From: Eubacteriales bacterium
Lineage (GTDB): Bacteria > Bacillota > Clostridia > Oscillospirales > CAG-272
Assembly: GCA_045587665.1 (NCBI GenBank)
Contig: JAZNCT010000027.1
Location: 1 to 51,863 of the forward strand
Reading direction: 5' to 3'
Length of the DNA stretch: 51,863 bases
The translations under genes were made by a program, and so were the position numbers. The first letter of the stretch is position 1, and each line of letters starts with the position of its first letter. Below are positions 19,043 to 27,551 of this stretch, piece by piece. A model generated the notes under the pieces. It was not told the origin of the DNA, made no database searches, and worked only from the letters and a program-made list of their open reading frames with translations.

Positions 19043-19389
19043 CAGAACAGCCCCGGCATACCGAGACTGCCTGTTATCTTTTGCATCTCGGCACTGTTTG
19101 TTTCTTCAACTCTCTTTATAGCTTCATTGATTGCGGCAACAAGAATATCAGAAAGCGTTTCAACATCGTCCGGGTCAACGATCTCGGGCTCTATGTTTAT
19201 GGCAAGTATCTCCTTTTTGCCGTTGATCTTAACGCCAACAACACCGCCTCCTGCGCTGATATCATATTCTCTTTCGTCAAGGTCTGCCTGAAGTGCCTCC
19301 ATATCCTCCTGCATTTTCTGTGCCTGCTTCAGCATAGCCTGCATATTCTGGGGACCTCCGCCCATTCCTTTTGGTAAATTAGCTTTCAT
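19042..19389 (-). CDS. ybaB: YbaB/EbfC nucleoid-associated protein
   Basis: KQAQKMQ, AGGG.V.V.ING and [15 protein letters not shown] motifs; conserved dnaX-ybaB-recR order. Confidence 0.95.
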   Translation of the reverse strand: MKANLPKGMGGGPQNMQAMLKQAQKMQEDMEALQADLDEREYDISAGGGVVGVKINGKKEILAINIEPEIVDPDDVETLSDILVAAINEAIKRVEETNSAEMQKITGSLGMPGLF

Positions 19390-19409
19390 TTTTTATTCCT
19401 CCGTTTATC

Positions 19410-20999
19410 TTAAAGGTTGTTTTCTTTAATGATCTCTTCAATGCTTTCTCTTCCTTCATCAACAATATCGTTTTCCTTTGAAACCTCAAAAATGATATTT
19501 GAGTGTGATATTGGGCGCTTTTCATAGGATGAAAGAATTGCAGAGAGTGTATCAAGGGTTGTTTTTCTTGCCTTTATCATGCTTGCGGCAAAGTTGCTGT
19601 CGAGACGGATGACGATGTTTCCGTTTGCATCCTTATATGTTTTTGAGCTTTTCATAAATCCTGAAAGGCTCGGGTCGCCTTTGCATATTCTGTCAACAGC
19701 TTCAAACCAATAGGGAAGTGCCTTTTTCTTGACCGGAGCTTCGGGAGTCTCTACGCCGACAGGCGGACCCGCCGGAGCTTTTTCTTCCTTATCTGTTTCT
19801 GTTTTAGCAGGCGTGGGCGTGTCTTCCGTGATTGCAGGGGGGGCGTACTGGCCTCTGTCCAGACGATCTTCAATAGCAGATATTCGTGCCAGCAGTGCTT
19901 CGTTTGTAGAGTCCAGTGTTTCATCGCACATTTTTATCAGAGCCATTTCTGCACAAAGCCGAGCTGATGCACCGGCTTTTGGCATAGTGATCATAGCCTG
20001 CTCAAGAATTCGGCAGTGATATACCAAAGCCTCTTTTGAAAAAAGCTTTGAAGCATTTTCTGTTTGTTCAACCTCATTTTCCGTTAGATCAAGATATTTT
20101 TTAGCATCCTTTGTTGTTTTCATAACCAGCATATCACGGTAAAATGAAAGCAGATCCTGCCAGAAAACAGAAATGTCCTTTGATGAGGCTGTTACCTCGG
20201 CAATTTGAGCAAAAATCGCCTCATAGTCTTTTTCAGCAACCGCCTTAACGGTTTTTGCTGTGCTTTCTCTGCTGCTGATGCCAACCACATCTGCAACGAG
20301 AGCCTCGTCGATCTCCCTGCGATTGCCTGCGCAAAGTTCCAGCAGGCTAACGGCATCTCTCATTCCACCCATTGCCAGCTTTGAAAGAAGCTGGGCGGCA
20401 CTTTTCTGAATGGCAATGCCCTCGGCCTCGGCTATCTTCATTAGTCTATCTGTGATAACAGAAACGGATATTCGTCTGAAATCAAAGCGCTGACAGCGTG
20501 AAATTATTGTTGAGGGGAGCTTATGAAGCTCTGTTGTAGCAAGGATAAAGATAACGTGTGCAGGTGGCTCTTCAAGAGTTTTCAGAAGAGCATTAAAAGC
20601 ACTGCTTGAAAGCATATGAACCTCGTCTACGATATAAACACGGTATTTGAGCATAGAGGGAGAATATACGACCTCATCGCGGATGTCTCTGATGTTGTCA
20701 ACGCCGTTGTTTGATGCGGCATCCATTTCGAGAACATCGGTCGCGCTGCCCGAATCTATAGCACGGCAAGAATCACATACTCCGCATGGGTTGCCGTTTA
20801 ACGGAGAGGTGCAGTTCACAGCTTTTGCGAGTATCTTTGCACATGTGGTTTTGCCGGTGCCTCTTGAACCGCAAAACAGGTAGGCATGGGAAAACTTGCT
20901 GTTTTCACATTCATATTTAAGAACCGAGGTGATGTGATCCTGACCGCAAACATCGTCAAATGTGGTGGGACGCCATTTTCTGTATAAAGCCTGATGCAA
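19410..20999 (-). CDS. dnaX: DNA polymerase III subunit gamma/tau
   Basis: Likely TTG start at 20999 after GAGGTG. ALYRKWRP, Walker A GSRGTGKTT, Zn motif, DAASNNGVD, DEVHML and SRCQRF. Confidence 0.96.
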   Translation of the reverse strand: MHQALYRKWRPTTFDDVCGQDHITSVLKYECENSKFSHAYLFCGSRGTGKTTCAKILAKAVNCTSPLNGNPCGVCDSCRAIDSGSATDVLEMDAASNNGVDNIRDIRDEVVYSPSMLKYRVYIVDEVHMLSSSAFNALLKTLEEPPAHVIFILATTELHKLPSTIISRCQRFDFRRISVSVITDRLMKIAEAEGIAIQKSAAQLLSKLAMGGMRDAVSLLELCAGNRREIDEALVADVVGISSRESTAKTVKAVAEKDYEAIFAQIAEVTASSKDISVFWQDLLSFYRDMLVMKTTKDAKKYLDLTENEVEQTENASKLFSKEALVYHCRILEQAMITMPKAGASARLCAEMALIKMCDETLDSTNEALLARISAIEDRLDRGQYAPPAITEDTPTPAKTETDKEEKAPAGPPVGVETPEAPVKKKALPYWFEAVDRICKGDPSLSGFMKSSKTYKDANGNIVIRLDSNFAASMIKARKTTLDTLSAILSSYEKRPISHSNIIFEVSKENDIVDEGRESIEEIIKENNL

Positions 21000-21039
21000 A
21001 AAAATCACCTCACTTACAAAAATCAAGCTGCAAAATAAG

Positions 21040-21308
21040 ACCATACACCTTAAGATCGAATCTCGGAAATACGCGCATTCCGATGCCTCTGCTCAAAGCA
21101 GGCTGCCTTGCGGCACATCGGGTACACTGCTTAATGCTGCTTGGTTCCCCACCTGACATGGTTCACAGCTCCCGATCGCGCAAGACCCACTTCTCAGCAC
21201 AGAAGCAAACGGTGCAATCGCACCTCCTTGACCCTCAAAAAAGGGATTCACCCCTGCTGTAGCGGATTTCAGGTTCAGGGCTCCGCTATGTCCCCGGCTA
21301 GTATGGCC
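21040..21308 (-). ncRNA. ffs: Large bacterial SRP RNA (scRNA, with Alu domain)
   Basis: Minus strand has the S-domain motif GTGAACCATGTCAGGTGGGGAACCAAGCAGCATTAAGC and an Alu-type 5' end GCCATACTAGCCGGGGACATAGCGGAGCCCTG..ATCCGCT. The 5' and 3' flanks pair. Classic position upstream of dnaX. Ends are approximate. Confidence 0.9.
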
Positions 21309-21359
21309 TTATTTCACAGCTTGTGGCTGCGGAAACGTCTTTTGACGCTCACTTTATAT

Positions 21360-21388
21360 ATTATAACAGATTTACAGCATTATTGCAA
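21360..21388 (-). promoter_or_regulatory. Sigma-A promoter of ffs(-dnaX)
   Basis: Minus strand TTGCAA (21388-21383), 17 bp, TG-n-TATAAT (-10 at 21365-21360). Confidence 0.78.
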
Positions 21389-21669
21389 GAGTTTTTAAAA
21401 AAAATCTCATTTAACTTTGATTTATCTGTGATGATAAATAATTATACAGCCGAGAGTTTCAGCCCATTGATAAGCACGTTGGTTATAGATAAGCTGAACT
21501 GTAGCTATCTTGTTGGCTATATACTATCGGCATAAAAAGAGTTGCAAACTGCCTGACTGCCGTTTTTGGATGAGATCGGCATATATAGTAAAAAAACACA
21601 AGATACCCCTTTTCAAAATTGAATTTTTGTGTTATACTATAAAGAGAATAATTGTAAAGAGGTACCGAA

Positions 21670-23670
21670 ATGGCAAAAAGCAAAGATACCGCAAAACAAT
21701 ATAACGATCAAAGCATAACTTCGCTGAAAGGAGCCGACCGAGTTAGAAAACGTCCGGCTGTTATTTTTGGCTCTGACGGTCTTGAAGGCTGTGAACATTC
21801 AATTTTTGAGATACTCTCAAACTCGGTTGACGAGGCCAGAGAGGGATATGGAAAAGAGATAATAGTCACCGCATATCTTGATAGATCTATTAAGGTTGAG
21901 GATTTTGGCCGTGGAGTTCCTCTCGGTTATAACGAGAGGGAAGGAAAATATAACTGGGAGCTTGTTTACTGTGAGCTTTATGCCGGCGGTAAATATGATA
22001 ACAACTCAGAGGATTCGGCATATGGCTATTCACTTGGAACAAACGGTCTTGGCGCATGTGCAACACAGTACAGCTCCGAATATATGGATGTTTTTTCATA
22101 TGACGGAACAAAGGTGAGCGAGATACATTTTAAAAAAGGTGAGCCGATAACAGAGCTATCTGTTCGTGAGCTTGAACGCAAAGAGAAACGCACCGGCACT
22201 GTTATAAAATGGCGTCCCGATCTTGAGGTCTTTACCGATATAAACATCCCCAGAGAGTTTTTTGACGACGTGATGCACCGTCAGGCTGTGGTAAACTCGG
22301 GTATTAAATTTGTTTTCAAATATGAGCTTCCTGACGGAAAGTTTGAGGAAAAGTCATATTATTATGAAAACGGTATTGCCGATTATCTCCGTGAGCTGGC
22401 AGGCGAGAATACCATGACCGCTCCCGTTCTCTGGAAAATGGAGACTAAGGGTAGGGACAGAGAGGACAAAGAGGAATATAAGCTTAAGGCGGAATTTTCC
22501 TTTTGTGTTTCCAATACGGTAAACCGACTTGAATATTATCACAACTCCAGCTATCTTGAGCACGGAGGTTCTCCCGATAAGGCTGTAAAAACCGCCTTTG
22601 CTTATGCAGTTGATAAATATTTGAAGGGTGCAAACAAATATAACAAAAATGAGAAGAAGATAACATTTGACGACATTGCAGACTGTCTTGTTCTCGTTAT
22701 AAACAGCTTTTCAACCGTTACCTCTTACGAGAACCAGACCAAGAAATCTATAACTAACAAGTTTATCGCTGATGCGATGACAGAATTCTTAAAGAGAAAT
22801 CTTGATATCTACTTTATCGAAAATCCTACCGAGGCAGAGGTCTTTGCAAATCAGGTTCTTGTTAATAAGAGAAGTCGTGAAAGTGCGGAGAATACACGAA
22901 TAAACATTAAGGAAAAGCTCACAGGCACGCTTGATATCTCAAACAGGGTTGAAAACTATGTTGACTGCCGCACAAAGGACCCCAAAAAGAGAGAGGTCTA
23001 TATCGTGGAGGGAAAATCGGCGCTCGGTTCCTGTAAACTTAGCCGTAATGCAGAATTTCAAGCACTTATATCTGTCAGAGGCAAAACGCTGAACTGCCTT
23101 AAATGCGGCTATGACCGAATTTTTAAGAGCGATATTATTGTGGACCTGCTGAGAGTAATCGGATGCGGCGTTGAAATGGACGGCAGAATAAAGGGTAATA
23201 TCCCGAGATTTGATATGAATCTGCTTCGCTGGTCGAAGATAATTATATGTACCGATGCGGACGAGGACGGCTTCCAGATCAGAACCTTGCTTTTGACTAT
23301 GTTTTACCGCCTGCTTCCCACACTTATAGAGCAGGGAAAGGTGTTTATTGCCGAAACTCCTCTCTTTGAAATAACAACTAAAAACGAGACGTTTTTTGCA
23401 TATGACGAATTTGAAAAGGCAGATATCCTTCGTAAGCTGGGGGATCAGAAATATAAGCTCCAGCGTTCAAAGGGTCTTGGTGAGAACAGCGCGGATATGA
23501 TGGCTCTTACCACCATGAATCCGGCAACAAGACGCCTTATTGCGGTTACCCCTGCAGATGCTGCGGCAACAGAGAGGATATTTGAAACATTGCTTGGAGA
23601 CGATCTTCCTGCGAGAAAAGAGTTTATTGCCGTTCATGGCAGTGAATATGTTAAGGATGCGGATATTTAA
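21670..23670 (+). CDS. Type IIA DNA topoisomerase subunit B (divergent GyrB/ParE-like)
   Basis: GHKL ATPase motifs (VRKRP, EILSNSVDE, DFGRGVP, AGGKY), TOPRIM (IVEGKSA, TDADEDG) and C-terminal RSKGLGE..TTMNP. Too divergent to choose between gyrB and parE by eye. Confidence 0.9.
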   Translation: MAKSKDTAKQYNDQSITSLKGADRVRKRPAVIFGSDGLEGCEHSIFEILSNSVDEAREGYGKEIIVTAYLDRSIKVEDFGRGVPLGYNEREGKYNWELVYCELYAGGKYDNNSEDSAYGYSLGTNGLGACATQYSSEYMDVFSYDGTKVSEIHFKKGEPITELSVRELERKEKRTGTVIKWRPDLEVFTDINIPREFFDDVMHRQAVVNSGIKFVFKYELPDGKFEEKSYYYENGIADYLRELAGENTMTAPVLWKMETKGRDREDKEEYKLKAEFSFCVSNTVNRLEYYHNSSYLEHGGSPDKAVKTAFAYAVDKYLKGANKYNKNEKKITFDDIADCLVLVINSFSTVTSYENQTKKSITNKFIADAMTEFLKRNLDIYFIENPTEAEVFANQVLVNKRSRESAENTRINIKEKLTGTLDISNRVENYVDCRTKDPKKREVYIVEGKSALGSCKLSRNAEFQALISVRGKTLNCLKCGYDRIFKSDIIVDLLRVIGCGVEMDGRIKGNIPRFDMNLLRWSKIIICTDADEDGFQIRTLLLTMFYRLLPTLIEQGKVFIAETPLFEITTKNETFFAYDEFEKADILRKLGDQKYKLQRSKGLGENSADMMALTTMNPATRRLIAVTPADAAATERIFETLLGDDLPARKEFIAVHGSEYVKDADI

Positions 23671-23681
23671 AAATATAAAAC

Positions 23682-23706
23682 CGGGAGCGATAACGCTCCC
23701 GACTTT
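23682..23706 (+). terminator. Probable terminator after the topoisomerase B gene
   Basis: CGGGAGCG-ataa-CGCTCCCG hairpin followed by a T-rich tract. Confidence 0.65.
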
Positions 23707-23745
23707 ATATTTTCGCAGTTTTTTGATTTTTTTGGTATAAAACCC

Positions 23746-23774
23746 TTGACAAAAGGTGAAACTTGTGGTATCAT
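23746..23774 (+). promoter_or_regulatory. Sigma-A promoter of tRNA-Ser
   Basis: TTGACA (23746-23751), 17 bp, TG-n-TATCAT (-10 at 23769-23774). Confidence 0.8.
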
Positions 23775-23808
23775 TTATAAGTCATGAAAATGACGGTTAA
23801 ATTGATAT

Positions 23809-23900
23809 GGAGAAGTCGCGTAGTTGGTCGAGCGCGCACGACTGGAAATCGTGTATACCCCAGAAGGGTATCGAGAGTTCGAATCTCTCCTTCTCCGCCA
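23809..23900 (+). tRNA. tRNA-Ser (GGA)
   Basis: Acceptor stem GGAGAAG/CTTCTCC, anticodon arm CACGA-CT-GGA-AA-TCGTG, long variable arm, GTTCGAATC T-loop, encoded CCA. Confidence 0.97.
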
Positions 23901-23905
23901 GTCTG

Positions 23906-23959
23906 AGAACCCCTGAAAACGCTGAAAAATCCAGTGTTTTCAAGGGTTCTTTGCTTTTT
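23906..23959 (+). terminator. Long hairpin/terminator directly 3' of tRNA-Ser
   Basis: AGAACCCCTGAAAACGCTG / CAGTGTTTTCAAGGGTTCT, a ~19-bp imperfect stem followed by TTGCTTTTT. Confidence 0.65.
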
Positions 23960-24053
23960 GGGATTATATTTTGGGGCTATTTATGCCGTTTTTTACCCAT
24001 AAATGTTGCCTCCCTCTGATTTTGCTCACCAAAGCTATAAAAATGGTGTAAAT

Positions 24054-24081
24054 AAAAAGCTCTGAGTTCTCAGAGCTTTTT
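24054..24081. terminator. Bidirectional rho-independent terminator
   Basis: AAAAAGCTCTGAG-tt-CTCAGAGCTTTTT perfect 13-bp inverted repeat just past the stop of the 24477-24100 gene. Confidence 0.8.
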
Positions 24082-24099
24082 GTTTCATGGTTTGATAAA

Positions 24100-24477
24100 T
24101 TATTGTTTGTGATTATTTTCTGAAAATTTCTCTGCCGCAAGAGAGAGAGCACGGCGGCGCAGTCTGAATCCGCTCGTTCTTCCAATGTTCATCATTTCGG
24201 CGCATTTTTCAACAGAAAAGCCTTTTATGTAGTGATAAAAAAGCAAAAGCTTGCAGTTCCCGTCCTCCAAGTTTGCGATAAACCGACGTGTTTCCATCAT
24301 TTTTGATTTAACCAGCACCTCGTCGCCGCCGGGGATAGGAAGTAGGCTTTCATTATCGCTTTCACCGGAAAAGAACAGCTTTTCATATTGCATCATTTTA
24401 AGCATTCTTTTGTTGATTTGGTAGCTTTCAAGAAATCTTTTAACCTCTCTTATGCTTTTTTCATTGTTTTTTGTCAT
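24100..24477 (-). CDS. ArpU/RinA/DUF1492-like transcription activator (sigma-70 region-4 HTH)
   Basis: N-terminal VKRFLESY and C-terminal IANLED...LLLFYHYIKGFSVEKCAEMMNIGRTSGFRLRRRAL match the phage late-activator pattern; AAGGAGG RBS. Confidence 0.7.
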   Translation of the reverse strand: MTKNNEKSIREVKRFLESYQINKRMLKMMQYEKLFFSGESDNESLLPIPGGDEVLVKSKMMETRRFIANLEDGNCKLLLFYHYIKGFSVEKCAEMMNIGRTSGFRLRRRALSLAAEKFSENNHKQ

Positions 24478-24487
24478 TTGTGCCTCC

Positions 24488-24709
24488 TTAAATTCTTGTG
24501 AAACCTATGTGATATAAAAGTTCTTCTTTTGAAGTAAATTCGCAAATGCGTAATAATTCTTTTAGTGATATTTCGGAAATGCAGGTGCTGCAAATAGTTT
24601 TGCTTCCAAATTTCATGGCAGTTTCCCATTCGCCAATGTGCGCACCGCAAATGCGGCAAAATCGTTGCGTTTGAACGGCTGCAATGTTTTGCCTTGCGTG
24701 GTAGATCAT
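24488..24709 (-). CDS. Small CxxC...CxxC zinc-ribbon protein (phage-like)
   Basis: 73 aa with CRICG..I..(x)ICSTCI; AAGGAGG RBS; first gene after a consensus promoter. Confidence 0.7.
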   Translation of the reverse strand: MIYHARQNIAAVQTQRFCRICGAHIGEWETAMKFGSKTICSTCISEISLKELLRICEFTSKEELLYHIGFTRI

Positions 24710-24733
24710 TTAAGTGTGCCTCCTTGATTTTTC

Positions 24734-24762
24734 TTGACAAATCTAAAGCTTTGAGTTATAAT
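24734..24762 (+). promoter_or_regulatory. Consensus sigma-A promoter facing right (toward the repressor)
   Basis: TTGACA (24734-24739), 17 bp, TATAAT (24757-24762). Confidence 0.82.
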
Positions 24763-24834
24763 ATCCATATATATTTCCGAGACGCGCTTATTTTGCGGGG
24801 GAGAAATTCTCGTTGTGTTTTTTTCTTGTGATTT

Positions 24835-24901
24835 GTCCGATTACAGAAATATTATAACGCAAAACCGAAGCATTGTCAAGTGTTTATTTCGGAAATTCTT
24901 C
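24835..24901. promoter_or_regulatory. Three putative XRE operator sites
   Basis: Degenerate 14-bp TTCGG-N4-CCGAA-like sites at 24835-24848, 24856-24869 and 24888-24901, overlapping the leftward promoter and its start site. Confidence 0.4.
24851..24879 (-). promoter_or_regulatory. Consensus sigma-A promoter facing left (toward the Zn-finger and ArpU-like genes)
   Basis: Minus strand TTGACA (24879-24874), 17 bp, TATAAT (24856-24851). Confidence 0.82.
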
Positions 24902-24939
24902 CTAAATTGGAAAAATTTTTGAAAAAGGGGTTTGTTTAA

Positions 24940-25578
24940 GTGAGTTATTCTAATTATGAAAAGCTGTTGAAGATGAAAAATACTACCTCTTATAAGGTCG
25001 CAAAGGCAACGGGAATTGCCCATTCAACCTTGTCTGATTGGAAAAAAGGCAGATCTGTACCTAAAACCGATAAAATGAGACTGATAGCAGATTATTTTGG
25101 GGTTGAGATAGAGCGTCTGGTTGGCGACGATATAGATTTTTCGCTTTCGGAAGTTGCACTTGAAGAGTCTGATAGCCGCGGAAGAAAAATGATACCCATA
25201 ATCGGCGAGATAAGAGCCGGACATCCTATCATAACAAATGAAACGCTCCTTGGATATGAGAGTGCCGACATTGGCGGAGCAGACGAGAGAGATTATTTTT
25301 ATCTTACTGTTTGCGGAGACAGTATGAAGGACTGCGGAATGGTTGACGGATCCCTTGTGCTTTTCAGAAAACAGCAATATGCCGAAGAGGGCAACATCGT
25401 TGCCTGCCTTGTTGGCGACGAGTGTGCCACGGTCAAGCGTTTTCACACCGAAAACCGAAGGATATATCTTGTGCCTGAAAACGATGAATATGAGCCTATA
25501 GAGCTGACCTCAGAGGACTTTGAATGTGGCAGTGCCCGAATACTTGGCGTTGCTATCGAAATGAAAATTAAATTTTAA
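24940..25578 (+). CDS. CI-like repressor: XRE HTH + S24 peptidase (LexA/CI autocleavage domain)
   Basis: HTH YKVAKATGIAHSTLSDWKKGRSVP..IADYFGV; Ala-Gly cleavage site IGEIRAG; catalytic Ser in VCGDSM; catalytic Lys in ATVKR. Confidence 0.9.
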   Translation: MSYSNYEKLLKMKNTTSYKVAKATGIAHSTLSDWKKGRSVPKTDKMRLIADYFGVEIERLVGDDIDFSLSEVALEESDSRGRKMIPIIGEIRAGHPIITNETLLGYESADIGGADERDYFYLTVCGDSMKDCGMVDGSLVLFRKQQYAEEGNIVACLVGDECATVKRFHTENRRIYLVPENDEYEPIELTSEDFECGSARILGVAIEMKIKF

Positions 25579-25587
25579 GGATGGATT

Positions 25588-27540
25588 ATGACTGCGATAA
25601 GTGTTGAAAATCTTGGCTTTTCAGTTGGGATGAAAACTATTCTTCAAAATGTTTCCTTTTCGCTTGAAGAAGGGGATAAGCTTGGCATAATCGGCGTAAA
25701 CGGCAGTGGAAAATCCACTCTTTTTAAGCTGATAACGGGCGAATATGAGCCGAGTGAAGGCTGTGTTTATATATCAAAAGATAAAAATGTGGGCGTGCTG
25801 ACACAGGACGGTGCTTTTGATATTTCCGAGCTTTGCGGAGATACGGTGCTGGAGCAGATGTATTCCGCCTTTCCGGAGTTTATAAGGGCCGAGAGGCGGC
25901 TCTCTGAGCTTGAGTCTCTGCTGAGGGAGCACGCAGGCGAATCTGAGAGTGATTATTACCGTTCCCTCACCCTTGAATATACAGAGCTTTACAACCGATT
26001 TGTCAGTGAAGGCGGGCCGCAATTCAGAGGCAGAGCGGCTTCTATACTTAAAAAAATGGGCTTTGATGATGAAATGCTGAATCAAAAATGTTCAGAGCTA
26101 AGTGGGGGGCAGAGGACGAGACTTGCTCTTTCACGTCAGCTTTGCCGTGAGCCTGATCTGCTTTTGCTTGACGAGCCAACAAATCATCTTGATATGGAGA
26201 CAATGCGCTGGCTTGAAAATTTTCTTGTTTCATATAAGAAAAACGTTCTTGTAATCTCCCACGACCGCTATTTTCTTGACCGGGTAACAAACAAGACACT
26301 TCTTGTTGAGCATAATCATGCAAAGCTTTATGCCGGTGGTTACACTGCCAGCATGGAGCAGAGAAGGATAGACAGAGAGATAGCCGAGCGTCACTATAAA
26401 AATCAGCAAAAGGAGATAGCAAGACAGGAGGCATATATCGCTCAGCAAAGAGCGTGGAACAGAGAGCGAAACATCATTGCTGCAGAAAGTCGCCAAAAGG
26501 CTCTTGACCGAATGGTGAAGCTTGAAAAGCCTCAAAATGACCCAAAAGGAATAAGAATGACCTTTACAAAGGGCGGTGAGAGTGGAAATGAGGTTCTCTG
26601 CGTTAAAAATCTTTCGATGTCCTTTGGCGAAAAAAAGCTGTTTGAGGATATTTCTTTTCTTATAAAGAAAAAGGAAAAGGTATTTATCGTCGGTGCAAAC
26701 GGCTGCGGCAAATCCACACTTATAAAAATTCTTCTTGGAAAGCTTGCGGCTGTTGGCGGCAGGGTTGAGACAGGTTATAATGTTGAGATAGGATATTATG
26801 ACCAGGAAAATCAAAATCTTGATATGAAAAACACTGTTATCGACGAGCTTTGGAACGCCTATCCTTTTATGAAGGAGACCGAAATAAGAAATACTCTTGC
26901 GCTTTTCAGATTTATAGGCGAGGATGTTTATAAAGAGGTTTCTGTGCTCAGCGGTGGAGAGAGGGCAAGGCTTACCCTTGCAAAGCTTATACTTTCGCAT
27001 ATGAATCTCCTTATTCTTGACGAGCCCACAAATCATCTTGATATCGGTTCGAGAGAGGCTCTTGAAAGTGCTCTGCAAAGCTATGAGGGTACGGTGATAA
27101 CAGTTTCACACGACAGATATTTTATAGGAAAGCTTGCAACAAGGATAATAGAAATAAAGCCTGGAGATATTGGCGGTTCGGATATTCTTGACTACACCAT
27201 AACGAAAGTAGGCGATGGATATGACGAATATCTCGGCTACAGAGAGGCGAGAGAAGAAAGACTTATGGCTTCATCTGTGCCCGAGAGAATAGCAAAACCG
27301 AGCACAGAAAAGGAGCAATATCTGAAGGCAAAGCAGAGTGCATCAGAAACAAGAAAAGAGCTGAAGCGTCTTGAAAGGCTTAAAAAAGAAGCAGAACAGC
27401 TTGAGGGTGAGCTTGAAGAGGTTGAAGAAGAGCTTTATGGCTCTGCGGCAAGCGATTATATGAGAGCAGCTGAGCTTGATGCAAGGAAAAATGAGATAGA
27501 AGAGCGGCTTATGGAAATATATGAGGAGATTGGCTGCTGA
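25588..27540 (+). CDS. ABC-F family ATP-binding protein (ribosome-associated)
   Basis: Two ABC domains (GVNGSGKST / GANGCGKST, LSGG, LLDEPTNHLD, SHDRYF), inter-domain linker, C-terminal coiled coil, no TM segments. Confidence 0.93.
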   Translation: MTAISVENLGFSVGMKTILQNVSFSLEEGDKLGIIGVNGSGKSTLFKLITGEYEPSEGCVYISKDKNVGVLTQDGAFDISELCGDTVLEQMYSAFPEFIRAERRLSELESLLREHAGESESDYYRSLTLEYTELYNRFVSEGGPQFRGRAASILKKMGFDDEMLNQKCSELSGGQRTRLALSRQLCREPDLLLLDEPTNHLDMETMRWLENFLVSYKKNVLVISHDRYFLDRVTNKTLLVEHNHAKLYAGGYTASMEQRRIDREIAERHYKNQQKEIARQEAYIAQQRAWNRERNIIAAESRQKALDRMVKLEKPQNDPKGIRMTFTKGGESGNEVLCVKNLSMSFGEKKLFEDISFLIKKKEKVFIVGANGCGKSTLIKILLGKLAAVGGRVETGYNVEIGYYDQENQNLDMKNTVIDELWNAYPFMKETEIRNTLALFRFIGEDVYKEVSVLSGGERARLTLAKLILSHMNLLILDEPTNHLDIGSREALESALQSYEGTVITVSHDRYFIGKLATRIIEIKPGDIGGSDILDYTITKVGDGYDEYLGYREAREERLMASSVPERIAKPSTEKEQYLKAKQSASETRKELKRLERLKKEAEQLEGELEEVEEELYGSAASDYMRAAELDARKNEIEERLMEIYEEIGC

Positions 27541-27551
27541 AAGGGGAGCTT

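Noticed and set aside
20960..21398. Short plus-strand ORFs upstream of dnaX
   Set aside because: They lie antisense to the SRP RNA gene and its promoter.
21400..21660. Possible additional ncRNA or replication origin between ffs and the topoisomerase gene
   Set aside because: Only short weak hairpins and no cluster of DnaA boxes; insufficient support.
23807..24019. 70-aa ORF beginning MEKSRSWSS
   Set aside because: It overlaps tRNA-Ser and its downstream hairpin, so it is a spurious translation of an RNA gene.
23900..25578. Intact prophage or ICE integrated at tRNA-Ser
   Set aside because: No integrase, excisionase, relaxase or structural gene, and no duplicated tRNA 3' end found by eye. 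Reported instead as a regulatory module or remnant.
24940..25578. Canonical lexA
   Set aside because: The DNA-binding domain is an XRE-type HTH rather than the LexA winged helix, and I saw no clear GAAC-N4-GTTC box upstream.
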